Shown here: positions 49,210 to 59,018 of the stretch, piece by piece
Numbering within the stretch: the stretch's first letter is position 1
Layout of the letters: each line of letters opens with the position of its first letter
Origin: Candidatus Latescibacterota bacterium
Lineage (GTDB): Bacteria; Latescibacterota; UBA2968; GCA-2709665
Direction of reading: 5' to 3'
Assembly (NCBI GenBank): GCA_965116875.1
Contig: OZ220733.1
Location: 1,888,001 to 1,952,000, forward strand
DNA: 64,000 nucleotides
Program-made: the position numbers and the translations under genes
The notes under the pieces: generated by a model
The model's database searches: none
What the model was told of the DNA's origin: nothing
Seen by the model: the letters and a program-made list of their open reading frames with translations, nothing else

Positions 49210-50223
49210 TCAGGGCGCCGAAAAACTGATGGGCCGCGGCACAAAACAAAGCAAGAAGATGATGAAAGAAAGAGTTCCCAACAGCTTCCGAGACGGATCG
49301 AGGACCAGATCGGGGTCGCCGGTAGGGGAATGCCGGCGCCCAAGCGCCAGCGCGATGAGTATCCAGATGAGCCATCCCGGCCACCGGGAATCGAGCCAGG
49401 TTGAGACACCATCCTGGACGTATAGCCAGTCATACGGCGGCCCAAGCGCCCACAGGCCTGCAAGAACGACCAGCGCCGCCTTCGAGACCAGGGCGTGGAT
49501 GCGCGCCCCTCCGAATGCATACACGATATGCCCGCCGTCGAACTGTCCCACCGGCATGAGATTCAGTGCGGTCACAAAGAGACCCAGCCAGCCGGCCACG
49601 AAGACGGGATGATCGTAAATCGCAAATCCATCGGGAAGGTCGCCGATAATCTGATTTGTCAGCCATCCGCCCAGAATGGAATTGCCGAGTGAAATCCCGC
49701 CCTGCGCAAAGGTTGAGACGGGCACGATCTCGGACATATGCAATCCGACGATCAGCGCGAGCAGGGCGACCACAAAACCGGCCAGCGGCCCGGATGCCCC
49801 GATGTCCATCAACGCTCGCCGATTCGGAATGCGGGACCTGATCTTGATTACCGCACCCAGGGTGCCGATCAATGACGGAAAGGGAATGAAAAACGGCAGA
49901 GTTGCCCGCACCTTCCATCGGCGGGAGGTGAGGTAGTGCCCCATCTCGTGGATACCCAGAATCAACAGCAGCGTTCCGGAGAACGGAAGCCCCAGAACCA
50001 GATATTCGGGATTCCACAACAGCTCCGTCGAATGCAAATCACGTGGGAAGGACTCCGGCGAAACCGCCACCTGCATGGCGACCGCCATCTTCACGCCCGC
50101 CACTGTTGTCGTGTACGCCGTCAGTACGAACAACAGGACGTTGAGCCAGATTCGGTTTCCAGTGTCCCGTCCCGGAAATGTGTCACCATTCATCCGCCGA
50201 CTCATCCCGTTGCGCAGGTTCAT
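49210..50223 (-). CDS. Site-2 protease (M50) family (start uncertain)
   Basis: HEMGH, GPLAG, NLMPVGQFDGGH. Confidence 0.9.
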   Translation of the reverse strand: MNLRNGMSRRMNGDTFPGRDTGNRIWLNVLLFVLTAYTTTVAGVKMAVAMQVAVSPESFPRDLHSTELLWNPEYLVLGLPFSGTLLLILGIHEMGHYLTSRRWKVRATLPFFIPFPSLIGTLGAVIKIRSRIPNRRALMDIGASGPLAGFVVALLALIVGLHMSEIVPVSTFAQGGISLGNSILGGWLTNQIIGDLPDGFAIYDHPVFVAGWLGLFVTALNLMPVGQFDGGHIVYAFGGARIHALVSKAALVVLAGLWALGPPYDWLYVQDGVSTWLDSRWPGWLIWILIALALGRRHSPTGDPDLVLDPSRKLLGTLSFIIFLLCFVPRPISFSAP

Positions 50224-50233
50224 CCCCTGGCGG

Positions 50234-51130
50234 TCACCGGATCCCGAATTCCAGCCGATGGGAGCCGTCGAGCCCCAATGCGGCGGGCACATAGGCATAT
50301 TCCATCCGCCAACTGCCGGGCTGAATCCCGAATCCGAATGACCAGTCGCGGATGTCGTGCCCCGTTCGGTACCCGGCACGCAGACACAATGCCCCTTTTA
50401 CGCGAAGTTCCATGCCGGTATGCACACCCACGGAGCCGTGTCTGGGCGCGCTCAGATCGAGAGAACCGGTAAGCCACTTCGCCTGCCAGGCGATTCCGGC
50501 TCGAAACGTCCCCGGTAGAGGCGTCCTCTGCGTATCCATCGCCTCCATCCGTCCCAGGTTCCGGTAGCTGACGCCGGCTGTGAGACCCTCCTTATCGAAT
50601 CGGTAAAGCAGACCGAGATCCACGCTGAATCCCGATGCCTGCTCCGGGCCGATGGATTCATGCAATGCGCGCACGGTTGCGCCGGCGTATAGCCCCGTTT
50701 TGATCCGTTTCGCGTACGTGAGCCCCGCGATGATTTCGTAGATGCCGAATGTACCCTGAGGCTGGGAGGACGGCCCTGTCCGCGCTTCGATCCCGCCTAC
50801 CGAATAGATACCCAGGCTCAGGGCGACGCCGGACCGGCCATTGCCATATGCCCATCCGCCGTAGATTTGCTGGATTTCCTGGAACGAGCTGTGATGCGTC
50901 ACCAGAAAGTCCCTGCCGGTCAGTGCGCCGATCCCCGCCGGGTTCCACGCGGCCGCCGTCTGATCGCGCGCGACCGCCGTGTAGGCGCCGCCCATTGCTT
51001 CCGCGCGGGCGCCCACCCCCTCGCGAAGCAGAACGAATCCCGCGCCCTTTCCGGATGCCTCTGCCAGACCTGTCGATCCCAATATCAACAAGAGACTCAA
51101 GACCGGCAATATTCGTCTTAATGAACTCAC
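50234..51130 (-). CDS. PorV/PorQ-like outer-membrane beta-barrel
   Basis: Signal peptide, GVGARAEAMGGAY, WNPAG, LRAGY, YAY...HR at the C-terminus. Confidence 0.8.
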   Translation of the reverse strand: MSSLRRILPVLSLLLILGSTGLAEASGKGAGFVLLREGVGARAEAMGGAYTAVARDQTAAAWNPAGIGALTGRDFLVTHHSSFQEIQQIYGGWAYGNGRSGVALSLGIYSVGGIEARTGPSSQPQGTFGIYEIIAGLTYAKRIKTGLYAGATVRALHESIGPEQASGFSVDLGLLYRFDKEGLTAGVSYRNLGRMEAMDTQRTPLPGTFRAGIAWQAKWLTGSLDLSAPRHGSVGVHTGMELRVKGALCLRAGYRTGHDIRDWSFGFGIQPGSWRMEYAYVPAALGLDGSHRLEFGIR

Positions 51131-51237
51131 GACATACTCCTGGCGTCCTTGCAACCCGCGAAATCTGAATCCTCTCAAACTTTAAACAATGCCGGTGAAA
51201 GAGTCAATATCCAAAGGAAGCCGTTTGTGGGATGAGT

Positions 51238-52254
51238 CTAGCGCAACGCCACGTCGTGTGTATTCTCATCCGCAGCTTTCTGAATCTTCAGCACCGTTCT
51301 GGCGGCGCGAACCACCGACTCGGTGCATCGTTCGCCTTCCGCGGCCTCGCCCCGGATATCCTCCAGGAATGCCTGAAGATACCCTCCGGACCGATCTTCC
51401 GGTATGGATTGCGACTCCACTCGCTCCGAATCCTTCCACGCGATCTGAATGGTATCCTGCGTCGTGCCCGCCTCGAGCACGCCATCCCGTCCCCAGAACG
51501 TGTACCGCCAGTAGAACGGAAGTGAGTATCCCGCCCTGTCAGGCATGAAGTACGACACGTCTCCGAGCACGCCGCAACCGTTGTCCATCGTCAGCATCAT
51601 CTGCGCGCCGTCTCCAAAGTGGGGAAACTCCGGCGCGAAGGCATTCCAGCACCTGGCGGCGTTGACCGTCTCGAATTCCAGGCCGGTTATCCACGGAAGA
51701 CAGTCAATGGCATGGATGGCAAGGTCGTTAATGGTCCCGCCGTGTTTGCCCTCTTCGAAGTACCAGCCCGGCCTTGATCCCAGAAGCAGCGGATGCTGTC
51801 CGCCAAATGAAATCGCGTGGACCTCTCCGATCGTACCCTCCCGAATCATGTTCCTCGCGCCGATGGTCTGTCCGTGGTCCCGCATGGATAGCATGCATCC
51901 GACGGTCAGATTCCGCTCGCCCGCGATCCGTTCGATTTCGTCGAGTTCTTCAAGACGGGTGCACAACGGTTTATCGACGATGACGTGCTTTCCCGCGTTT
52001 AACGCGTGAATGGCCGCACCGCCGCGCCCGGCGAAATACTCCCCGATGGCCACGACGTCGCAATCCACTTCGCTCAACATCCGCTCGGAGTCCGAGTGCG
52101 TGACGTTCGCGCCGGCGGCGGCAGCCGCTGCCCGCGCGGCATCGTCCGCTTCACAGGCAGCCACGACCTCTACGTCGTCGCGCCCGTTCGCCCGTTTGTA
52201 AAGGTCGTGAATGTGCCCATGACGAAATCCGACAAAAGCAAACCGAACCGACAT
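51238..52254 (-). CDS. Gfo/Idh/MocA oxidoreductase
   Basis: N-terminal Rossmann fold, AGKHVIVDKP, GGTINDLAIHAID. Confidence 0.9.
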   Translation of the reverse strand: MSVRFAFVGFRHGHIHDLYKRANGRDDVEVVAACEADDAARAAAAAAGANVTHSDSERMLSEVDCDVVAIGEYFAGRGGAAIHALNAGKHVIVDKPLCTRLEELDEIERIAGERNLTVGCMLSMRDHGQTIGARNMIREGTIGEVHAISFGGQHPLLLGSRPGWYFEEGKHGGTINDLAIHAIDCLPWITGLEFETVNAARCWNAFAPEFPHFGDGAQMMLTMDNGCGVLGDVSYFMPDRAGYSLPFYWRYTFWGRDGVLEAGTTQDTIQIAWKDSERVESQSIPEDRSGGYLQAFLEDIRGEAAEGERCTESVVRAARTVLKIQKAADENTHDVALR

Positions 52255-52270
52255 ATCGCCTCCCCGTTAG

Positions 52271-52354
52271 CAGTCCGTTGAGAAAGTCGCTCTGCAGGCC
52301 TGCCAGTGAAGTCCTGGCAGGCAGGTAGCCCGGATGGGCTTTTTCAACGGGCTG
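52271..52354. mobile_element. 84-bp MITE family B, copy 2
   Basis: TIRs CAGTCCGTTGAGAAAG / CTTTTTCAACGGGCTG, flanked by TTAG and TAAG. Confidence 0.82.
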
Positions 52355-52375
52355 TAAGGTCAGTAGCGGGACTTT

Positions 52376-52575
52376 ACATGGATGGACAGGATCGACAGGA
52401 TGAAGATCAAAACCGATCAGGTTTAAGCAGGATTGGAAACAGATGCCAAGATCAAAACCGAACAGGATTAAGAACCAGAAGCAGGACAAAGGCCAAGAGC
52501 AGGATTAGTAGCCGAGAACAGGATCAAAACCGGCCAGGATGAAGCAGGAATAGAAATCAGAAGCAAGTCAAAAGC
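52376..52575 (+). repeat. Purine-rich CAGGAT repeat tract
   Basis: ACATGGATGGACAGGATCGACAGGAT, then GATCAAAACCGnnCAGG at 52405, 52450 and 52522. The same head occurs at 56913. Confidence 0.65.
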
Positions 52576-52749
52576 TTTTTCTTCCGGTCCGTCGCGATGA
52601 ATCCGTCCACTCCACGCAACACATCGCTGACCACCACAGTTCAACCGCACAAGGAAGACTCCCGCTGTATTCTACGCTTCGCTGAGGCTACCGACAGACA
52701 ACTGAATATACGATAAGACCTCCGGTTTACGCGAATGATTCAAAATAGC

Positions 52750-54613
52750 CCTTAAATAAGCGAGTATTGTTGTTTGTTGAGCCGAAGGGCGCATTTTGGT
52801 GCGTTTGGGTTGATGAGAGCAATGGTGCCTGGCAAATGGTGATGGCGTGAGGTCGTACAGAGGTCTGTCGAGGTGAGTTTGCTGTGTAAAGCGACCGGTT
52901 GTGTGTGATTTGGGCGTAAGGGTCCGTTGCGTGATGATGGACGCGAACGCTGTGGTGATCTGCGGTCATCCTTCGAGTTGGTGTCAGGTGAAGCCGGTGC
53001 GTTCGATGGTGGCCCAGGCGCTTAGGAGTCTGCTCAGGGACGGCTGATAGCCGATGATGCGCACGGTGGTGCTTCGCGCGTTTCTCACCACACGACAGGG
53101 AAACAGGATGATGTGGTTGAGGAAGGTGCGAAAGTCCATCCGGATATAGTGCCGGCGGTGTTTGATGCGATGCATCATCATGGCAAACCACGACTTGATG
53201 TTCCAGGCCAGTGCGGCGATGACCATGTAAGCCCAGTTACTGATCAGGTCATACATGGGCACGCGCAGGGCGTTGACACCGTTTTTGAGTTGTTCGATGA
53301 CGTTTTCCTGGTCGCAACGTTTGTTGGCCGCAAAGACGACTTCGGCAGGTGTGAGGTCGTGGCGCGTGGTGATGTAGAAGAAATACCGGATATTGTCGAA
53401 GAGGGTCTGCTCGCCTTTCGTCTTGGAGATGTTTTTTCTCACGGCCACGACGCGGTAGGTCCGTTCGCACTTGCCGGGCTGATAGTCAAACTGTGCCACG
53501 TCTTCGAACTTGAGCGCCAGGGTGAGGTAGCCCCGCGCCTTGACGATGCGCTGCTTCTCATTGTCCCGTCGGTGCCTTTTCTGTGGCGCGACAGGCCGGT
53601 GCAGGCGATGCCAGGCCGCTTCGTCAAGCGCCTCGGCCCGTGTTCGCAAGGCCTCGTTGGCGTCCATGCCGAAGATGAAATCGACGTTTTTGGCCCAGCG
53701 ATCGAAGTGACCGGTGAGCGAAAAATCCGTGTCGCCGCGCAGGCATACGCGCCCTGCGTGGGGCTTCACCAAGGAGATGGCCGCATCGATCCAGGATGCG
53801 GCGCCCTGGTGAGAAGACGCGTTGCCCGGACGGTTGACCACATACAGCACCTCTTTGGTATTGGCCAACGACACGATCAAAGGCGCATATCCCCACACGC
53901 CCTTGTAGGAAATGTCCATACCGGCTTTCTTCTGCCCATACGTTGGCGCACTGGTGCCATCCACGTCGATGTATGCCACCCCTGCCAGGTCTCGGGTAGC
54001 GCGTGTGCGCCACAACTTGGCGCGTACCGCGTTAATGCAATCCATCAGCTCGATCACGTCGGCCTCGGTGAAGCGACGTGTGAAGTCACCCGTGGTCGTC
54101 GGATCCGGGATCAGATCCGCGTTCAAGGCATTCATGTAGGCCACGTCATGTCGCAAACGCTCGATATCTTCCAGACGCGTGCCGCCGCACATGATGTTGT
54201 AGGAAAGGTTCAACACATGATCCGACTCGTGATACGGCAGATGCACCTTCAACAACTGCAACCTCGCGTCGATTTCCTTGACCAAGCCCAACTTCGTCAC
54301 CAGGCGATGCACCGCCGTGATGCCACCGTAGCTCATCGCGTGCCCATCTGCGCTGACCTCGTAATGTACACGCGTGCTGCCAAACATCGGCTTGCCTTGC
54401 GCACAAAAGCGACTCGCGCGCTTCTGCCGTACATGTACCTTGCGCCCACATTTTGTACTGTTCCTGCGGCTTTCTCTTACCGATATTCTTTTCACCGGAA
54501 AGGCCCCCTTCGTTGGAGTAGCAATTTCCCGTCCGAGACTGCTAACTTCAACAAAGATAAGTCTTTCCGGTACTTTTATACATTTAAATCTGAAATAACT
54601 CGCTTAATTAGAG
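52750..54613 (-). mobile_element. IS1380-family insertion sequence, complete (1864 bp)
   Basis: TIRs CCTTAAATAAGCGAGT / ACTCGCTTAATTAGAG (13/16 match); direct repeat AATAGC at 52744-52749 and 54614-54619. Confidence 0.88.
52984..54495 (-). CDS. IS1380-family DDE transposase
   Basis: PYHESDHVL, IDVDGT, RPGN, LRGDTDF, RCDQENVIEQLKNG, NWAY. Confidence 0.92.
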   Translation of the reverse strand: MKRISVRESRRNSTKCGRKVHVRQKRASRFCAQGKPMFGSTRVHYEVSADGHAMSYGGITAVHRLVTKLGLVKEIDARLQLLKVHLPYHESDHVLNLSYNIMCGGTRLEDIERLRHDVAYMNALNADLIPDPTTTGDFTRRFTEADVIELMDCINAVRAKLWRTRATRDLAGVAYIDVDGTSAPTYGQKKAGMDISYKGVWGYAPLIVSLANTKEVLYVVNRPGNASSHQGAASWIDAAISLVKPHAGRVCLRGDTDFSLTGHFDRWAKNVDFIFGMDANEALRTRAEALDEAAWHRLHRPVAPQKRHRRDNEKQRIVKARGYLTLALKFEDVAQFDYQPGKCERTYRVVAVRKNISKTKGEQTLFDNIRYFFYITTRHDLTPAEVVFAANKRCDQENVIEQLKNGVNALRVPMYDLISNWAYMVIAALAWNIKSWFAMMMHRIKHRRHYIRMDFRTFLNHIILFPCRVVRNARSTTVRIIGYQPSLSRLLSAWATIERTGFT

Positions 54614-54740
54614 AATAGCTCAGACTAAATCTCGACAACAGTTCGAAATTCACTATCATGTATGTGGACTTTCGGCGAAAGTTCGTACACTATACCTGCC
54701 GGTTTTCCAGAATCCATGTACATCCGAAAGAGGTGCCGAT

Positions 54741-55580
54741 ATGCCTGAACTGCTCACGCGGCAGCAACTCGCGTTTTTCGACACGTTCGGATATCTGTGC
54801 CTGCCCGGTCTGATGTCCGACGTTATTGACGACGTCATCGACGCCTTTGAGCAGGTCTGGACGGACCGCGGAGGCGGTCACCACGGGAAGCCGCACGACG
54901 GAGAACGGCGGTCCTGCATCGTACCGTTCATCGACCAGCACGAACGCCTCTGCGCCCTGCTGGACGATCCCCGCATCAACGGGCTTCTCGTCGACCTGCT
55001 CGGCGCGGATTACAACTACGTCGGTTCCGACGGCAACTACTACGCAGGCGATACCGTGTGGCATTCCGACGGCTGGGGCAAGACCGTCCGTTTTGTCAAG
55101 ATCGCCTTCTACCTCGATCCCCTGACCCGGAACACCGGCTGCCTTCGCGTTATCCCCGGAAGCCATATGCTGGACGATCGATTTGCGAAGGCCGTCCAGG
55201 ATCAGATCCGGGAATCCGGGCGAAACTGGGGAATCGAAGGCAAGGACCTTCTTCCGGGCGTCGCATTGGAAACCCGGCCCGGAGACATCGCCGTGTTCAA
55301 CCACAACCTCAAACACGCCGCCTTCGGCGGCAGCCCACGAAGACGTATGTTCACCATCAACTGTTCACAGCGGTTTCCCGAGGAGCGAATCGAAGATTTC
55401 AAGAATTACGTTTCCGGCCATGCCCGCTTCTGGATCGACCGTCTCTATGGCGAGACCATGGTTGCAACAGCCGGCCCCGAACGCAGAATTCACCTCGAGC
55501 AGGGCATGGCGCACGACGGCCACTTGGCCGAACTGGCTGCCGGGGCACGGAAGGAGATGCCCGAGCCGTCACGTGGATGA
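54741..55580 (+). CDS. PhyH family dioxygenase
   Basis: FFDTFGYL, WHSD, GCLRVIPGSH, KHAA. Confidence 0.88.
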   Translation: MPELLTRQQLAFFDTFGYLCLPGLMSDVIDDVIDAFEQVWTDRGGGHHGKPHDGERRSCIVPFIDQHERLCALLDDPRINGLLVDLLGADYNYVGSDGNYYAGDTVWHSDGWGKTVRFVKIAFYLDPLTRNTGCLRVIPGSHMLDDRFAKAVQDQIRESGRNWGIEGKDLLPGVALETRPGDIAVFNHNLKHAAFGGSPRRRMFTINCSQRFPEERIEDFKNYVSGHARFWIDRLYGETMVATAGPERRIHLEQGMAHDGHLAELAAGARKEMPEPSRG

Positions 55581-55622
55581 GCAGCGCGGGCGACGATGAA
55601 AAGGCGCCGCCATTTCCCGATC

Positions 55623-56885
55623 TCATTCGATATACCCGAGGTTTCTCAATCTTGATGCCAGAATTTCGGCTTCGGCCTGCGTGGTTTCCTGTGCCTGGAG
55701 GCGCCTGTAATTCGAGCCTTCCAGGATGCCGCTTCGGGACGCTCGGAAGGGTTTCGGATCGTCACACTGCAGGTCCGAACCGCTGAACACGTCACGCAGC
55801 ACGAAATCCTCACCGTCGAGTTCTTCTCTGTAGAAGACCCGTCCGTCCGTTACCGACCACATGCGCAGACCATCCTCGTCCCGCGTCAGTTCCACGCCGT
55901 CCATCGCCACGCGTGAAGTCACCCGATTTCGGTCCGCCTGCAGATTGCCCGGGTTCAGGAATCCGACGCCGTAGAGGTTGTCGAGTTCCGAATACACCCA
56001 TCGACCGCGAAAAGAACCCCCGCCGCCCAGCAGGTCACGGCCATATCCTTTATAGTCTACCGTAAGCCCGGCGAGATGAATGATTGTTGGAAACAGGTCG
56101 ATCGTAGACAGGGGCCCGCGCGGTAATTCCAGTCCATCGTGTCCGGGAAGGGAGACCAGCAGCGGAACGTGGATGACATTCTCGTGCAGGAGGTCCCCGT
56201 GCGCCATCCCCTCCTTGCAGAACCCCTCACCGTGATCGCCCAGAATAAACACCGCCCAGTCGTCAGGATTCACGCGCTTCAGGATCTCCACAAGCAGGAA
56301 TTCCTGCACGTGCGTTACCGCCGCGTAGTAAAACCGGAGCGCTTCGTCCACCATCCCCGCATCCACCAGCGCTTTGAGGTTCGGCGTTTCCGGAATCCCC
56401 CTCGCCCCGTAGCCGCCATGCGTATACCAGAAATGCAAAAAACAGAACCTGGGCCGGTCCTCGCCTTTGAACGCCGAATGCAACAGGTCTTCCAATGAGC
56501 CGAGATGCTGATCCGTCGCATTGGGATCCATGGGTCCGATATAACGCTCGTAGTCCAGAAAACGGAACACGTCCGTCCGCTCGGAGCGGCCATGGATTTC
56601 AAAGCCCGCATCCGAGAACAACTGAAACAGATTCGGAATCCCTGCGAACATCTTCAGGTACGTCTGCCCGCACAGTCCGTGCTCAAACGGGTACAACCCG
56701 GTAAACATGGACGTGTGAGACGGGCGCGTGGCCGGGGCCGTCACGAAAAAACGCTCGGCGAACGCATAATCCCTTGTCAAAAGGTCGAATTTGGGCGTAT
56801 TCAGCCCGCGATTGACCCGGCTTACCGCATCGTACCGGAGGCAGTCGATGGAAATCAGCAGGAATTTGTCTACCGGATGCCCCAT
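55623..56885 (-). CDS. Sulfatase-like hydrolase/transferase (alkaline phosphatase superfamily, Thr nucleophile)
   Basis: ISIDCLRYD, TRPSHTSMFTG, GDHGE, HVPL, LRNLGYIE. Confidence 0.85.
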   Translation of the reverse strand: MGHPVDKFLLISIDCLRYDAVSRVNRGLNTPKFDLLTRDYAFAERFFVTAPATRPSHTSMFTGLYPFEHGLCGQTYLKMFAGIPNLFQLFSDAGFEIHGRSERTDVFRFLDYERYIGPMDPNATDQHLGSLEDLLHSAFKGEDRPRFCFLHFWYTHGGYGARGIPETPNLKALVDAGMVDEALRFYYAAVTHVQEFLLVEILKRVNPDDWAVFILGDHGEGFCKEGMAHGDLLHENVIHVPLLVSLPGHDGLELPRGPLSTIDLFPTIIHLAGLTVDYKGYGRDLLGGGGSFRGRWVYSELDNLYGVGFLNPGNLQADRNRVTSRVAMDGVELTRDEDGLRMWSVTDGRVFYREELDGEDFVLRDVFSGSDLQCDDPKPFRASRSGILEGSNYRRLQAQETTQAEAEILASRLRNLGYIE

Positions 56886-56912
56886 GGACTCTCTGTTTGG
56901 AAACCGGGACTT

Positions 56913-57309
56913 ACATGGATGAACAGGATCAACAGGATCAAAACCGACCAGGATTAACTTCAATTCGAAAAAACAAAACCGTTTCATTTGCCACAAAAAG
57001 CACAAAAGTCACAGAAGGAATTGGCACAAAACGGGATATTGAGTTCGTTCATAAGGAAGATATTTCCATCCACGTCCAGTGACCTTAAGCATCCTCGAAC
57101 TTCGACGTCTATTCGCCTTTGTTCTTTTACATATTTTCGACATTCAGGTCCCGGAAAAATCGCGAATCAAGGCTTAAGAAATGCGGAGTTCGATTGGCCA
57201 GTGTGATCCTGTGCGGTCTACGACAGGTAAGGATTCATCGCATCGGCCCGGAAACGCGAGCAACTGTCCTGCTCCTGGTTGTTATCCTGTTTATCCTGTC
57301 TATCCATGT
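56913..57309. repeat. Inverted CAGGAT-family arms enclosing other repeats
   Basis: 56913-56938 and 57284-57309 are inverted copies (23/26 match). Confidence 0.65.
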
Positions 57310-57409
57310 GAGTTTGTGTCTTTGAATAAATGAGGCTGAAACCTGGAAGACTCTAATTAAGTCCGGAATTCGCCATTTGGCAAGTACATCAGTTCCGATT
57401 TATTCATAA

Positions 57410-57493
57410 GAAGTTGTTTTAAAATTACCGGTGAGTTCCCGACCGGCGCTTTTGCAGCCGTGCGAAGGCCGCTGGGAATTTTAAGACAGCTTC
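57410..57493. mobile_element. MITE family A, internally deleted copy
   Basis: Both ends match 49043-49204; joined at CCGA microhomology. Confidence 0.8.
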
Positions 57494-57497
57494 CAGG

Positions 57498-57525
57498 TTG
57501 ACATCCGCCGGATCGCGTTTATCAT
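57498..57525 (+). promoter_or_regulatory. sigma70-type promoter
   Basis: TTGACA-N16-TATCAT. Confidence 0.5.
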
Positions 57526-57546
57526 GTTGCAGGCGACTCATTCCCG

Positions 57547-58635
57547 ATGGCCGATATGAATTCGACAGAGCGTGGCTTCGACCTGCGCGGCACCCTCGAA
57601 TGCGGATGGAATCTCTTTTTTCGAAAGGGATACTCGAATCATCCCGGGGACATTTCTGTCAACCGCGCCCACGTAGACCACCTCGCCGAGTCCGGCCTGA
57701 ACCGGCTCGTGGTGTTCTGGACCAACGCACCGGGCTTCGACGATGCCTGGCACGAAGCGGTCGAATATGCCCATAACGCCGGTCTCGGGCTCATTCGTGC
57801 GATGTACGGTTTCAGCGGAGGCGGTTCCGAGTATACGATGGCCGAACCGGACGCGCCGGCGCACCTGCTCAAGCGCAGCGCCAAAGGACCGGATACGGCT
57901 CTCTGTCCCCACGACGCCGAGACTCGCGCCTGGATGGGTCGCATTGTCGCCGAACGCCTCGCGCCGGGCGTGGACGGTATCGACATCGAACCGGCTCGGG
58001 AAATCGGCCGCAACTGTATCTGCGGGAACTGCCGGGCCCTCCGCCCCTTTCAGTGGGACGCGCTCGTGGTTGAACTTCTCACGGAACGCATCAGGGCCAT
58101 CAAGCCGGACGCAGAAATCCTCCTGCACCTGAGTATGCCGTCCGACAGACACGGAAAACTGCAGATGTCCCGCGACCTCCGGTGTCTGCCGGAATCCATC
58201 CGCCACGTCTTCGCGTGGGGCGCGGACGACGAAACAAGCCTTGTCGACTGGCTCGAAACGGATACCCGGTTCGAACACTTCGCCAAACTCGGCCGCGTCC
58301 TCCTGTTTCCGGACGGCACGTCCGCAGGAATTTCCGTTCACGAACATGTCGCCCGCACCTTCCGCTGGTGCAGGCTGGCCGCGGAGCGCGGCAAGACCGG
58401 GTATATGTTCGACTACCGGATCTTCGGCGGAAGAGAATGGCAGGGGCACGAGACCGACGTCCCGCATACCCGGCATACGAGCAAACGACCTGCCTCCATC
58501 GCCCTTATGGGCGAGGCCATGAACCGTCCCTATCTGGATGCGGACGGCCGGCGCGAGCTCATTGCCAGGCTGAAGGTCGAATGCGACTGGGACCTGGAAG
58601 ATCCCGCCCGCTTCTACAACTCACCCGCCGCATAG
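57547..58635 (+). CDS. Hypothetical protein, possible TIM-barrel glycoside-hydrolase-like fold with CxCxxC
   Basis: 362-aa ORF; ALCP...VDGIDIEP...CICGNC pattern; no signal peptide. Confidence 0.6.
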   Translation: MADMNSTERGFDLRGTLECGWNLFFRKGYSNHPGDISVNRAHVDHLAESGLNRLVVFWTNAPGFDDAWHEAVEYAHNAGLGLIRAMYGFSGGGSEYTMAEPDAPAHLLKRSAKGPDTALCPHDAETRAWMGRIVAERLAPGVDGIDIEPAREIGRNCICGNCRALRPFQWDALVVELLTERIRAIKPDAEILLHLSMPSDRHGKLQMSRDLRCLPESIRHVFAWGADDETSLVDWLETDTRFEHFAKLGRVLLFPDGTSAGISVHEHVARTFRWCRLAAERGKTGYMFDYRIFGGREWQGHETDVPHTRHTSKRPASIALMGEAMNRPYLDADGRRELIARLKVECDWDLEDPARFYNSPAA

Positions 58636-58647
58636 AAGCTGCCTGGA

Positions 58648-58703
58648 GATTACGAAGAGACGACTACGAGACTACGAGACTACGAAAAACGAAACGACGA
58701 AAA
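58648..58703 (+). repeat. Degenerate GACTACGA tandem repeat
   Basis: GACTACGA x3 plus flanking ACGA variants. Confidence 0.6.
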
Positions 58704-58804
58704 CCCCGTAGCTGAGATCAATTGCCACCATACGCCCAAAACCACAATCTTGCACTTCAGCCTGGCTATGCAACGAATTTCATCGCGCCCCCAAAAGGGC
58801 ATGT

Positions 58805-58989
58805 GAACTGTTTTAAAATTCCCGGTGAGTTCCCGAGCGCGAGCGAAAGAGTGGCGGTCAAGGCGGGAAAATCCGGCTATGAGAGGCGAGCAAGCGCAGC
58901 CTCGATCTCGTAAGACGGGCGGGTTTGACCAACGCCGACCGGCGCTCTTGCAGCCGTGCAAAGACCGCCGGGGATTTTAAGACAGCTTC
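58805..58989. mobile_element. MITE family A, longer copy with a different centre
   Basis: Arms match 49043-49204; the middle is replaced by about 45 bp of other sequence. Confidence 0.8.
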
Positions 58990-59018
58990 TTAACCTCCCG
59001 TTCATCTCAATGCCAGCA

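Noticed and set aside
52400-52540. CRISPR-like array
   Set aside because: Only three 17-bp units with unequal spacing; spacers are made of the same low-complexity motif; no cas genes.
53113-54618. 501-aa ORF opposite the transposase
   Set aside because: Antisense shadow of the IS1380 transposase.
57351-57361. CTCTAATTAAG matching one IS1380 end
   Set aside because: Only 11 bp in AT-rich DNA with no further similarity.
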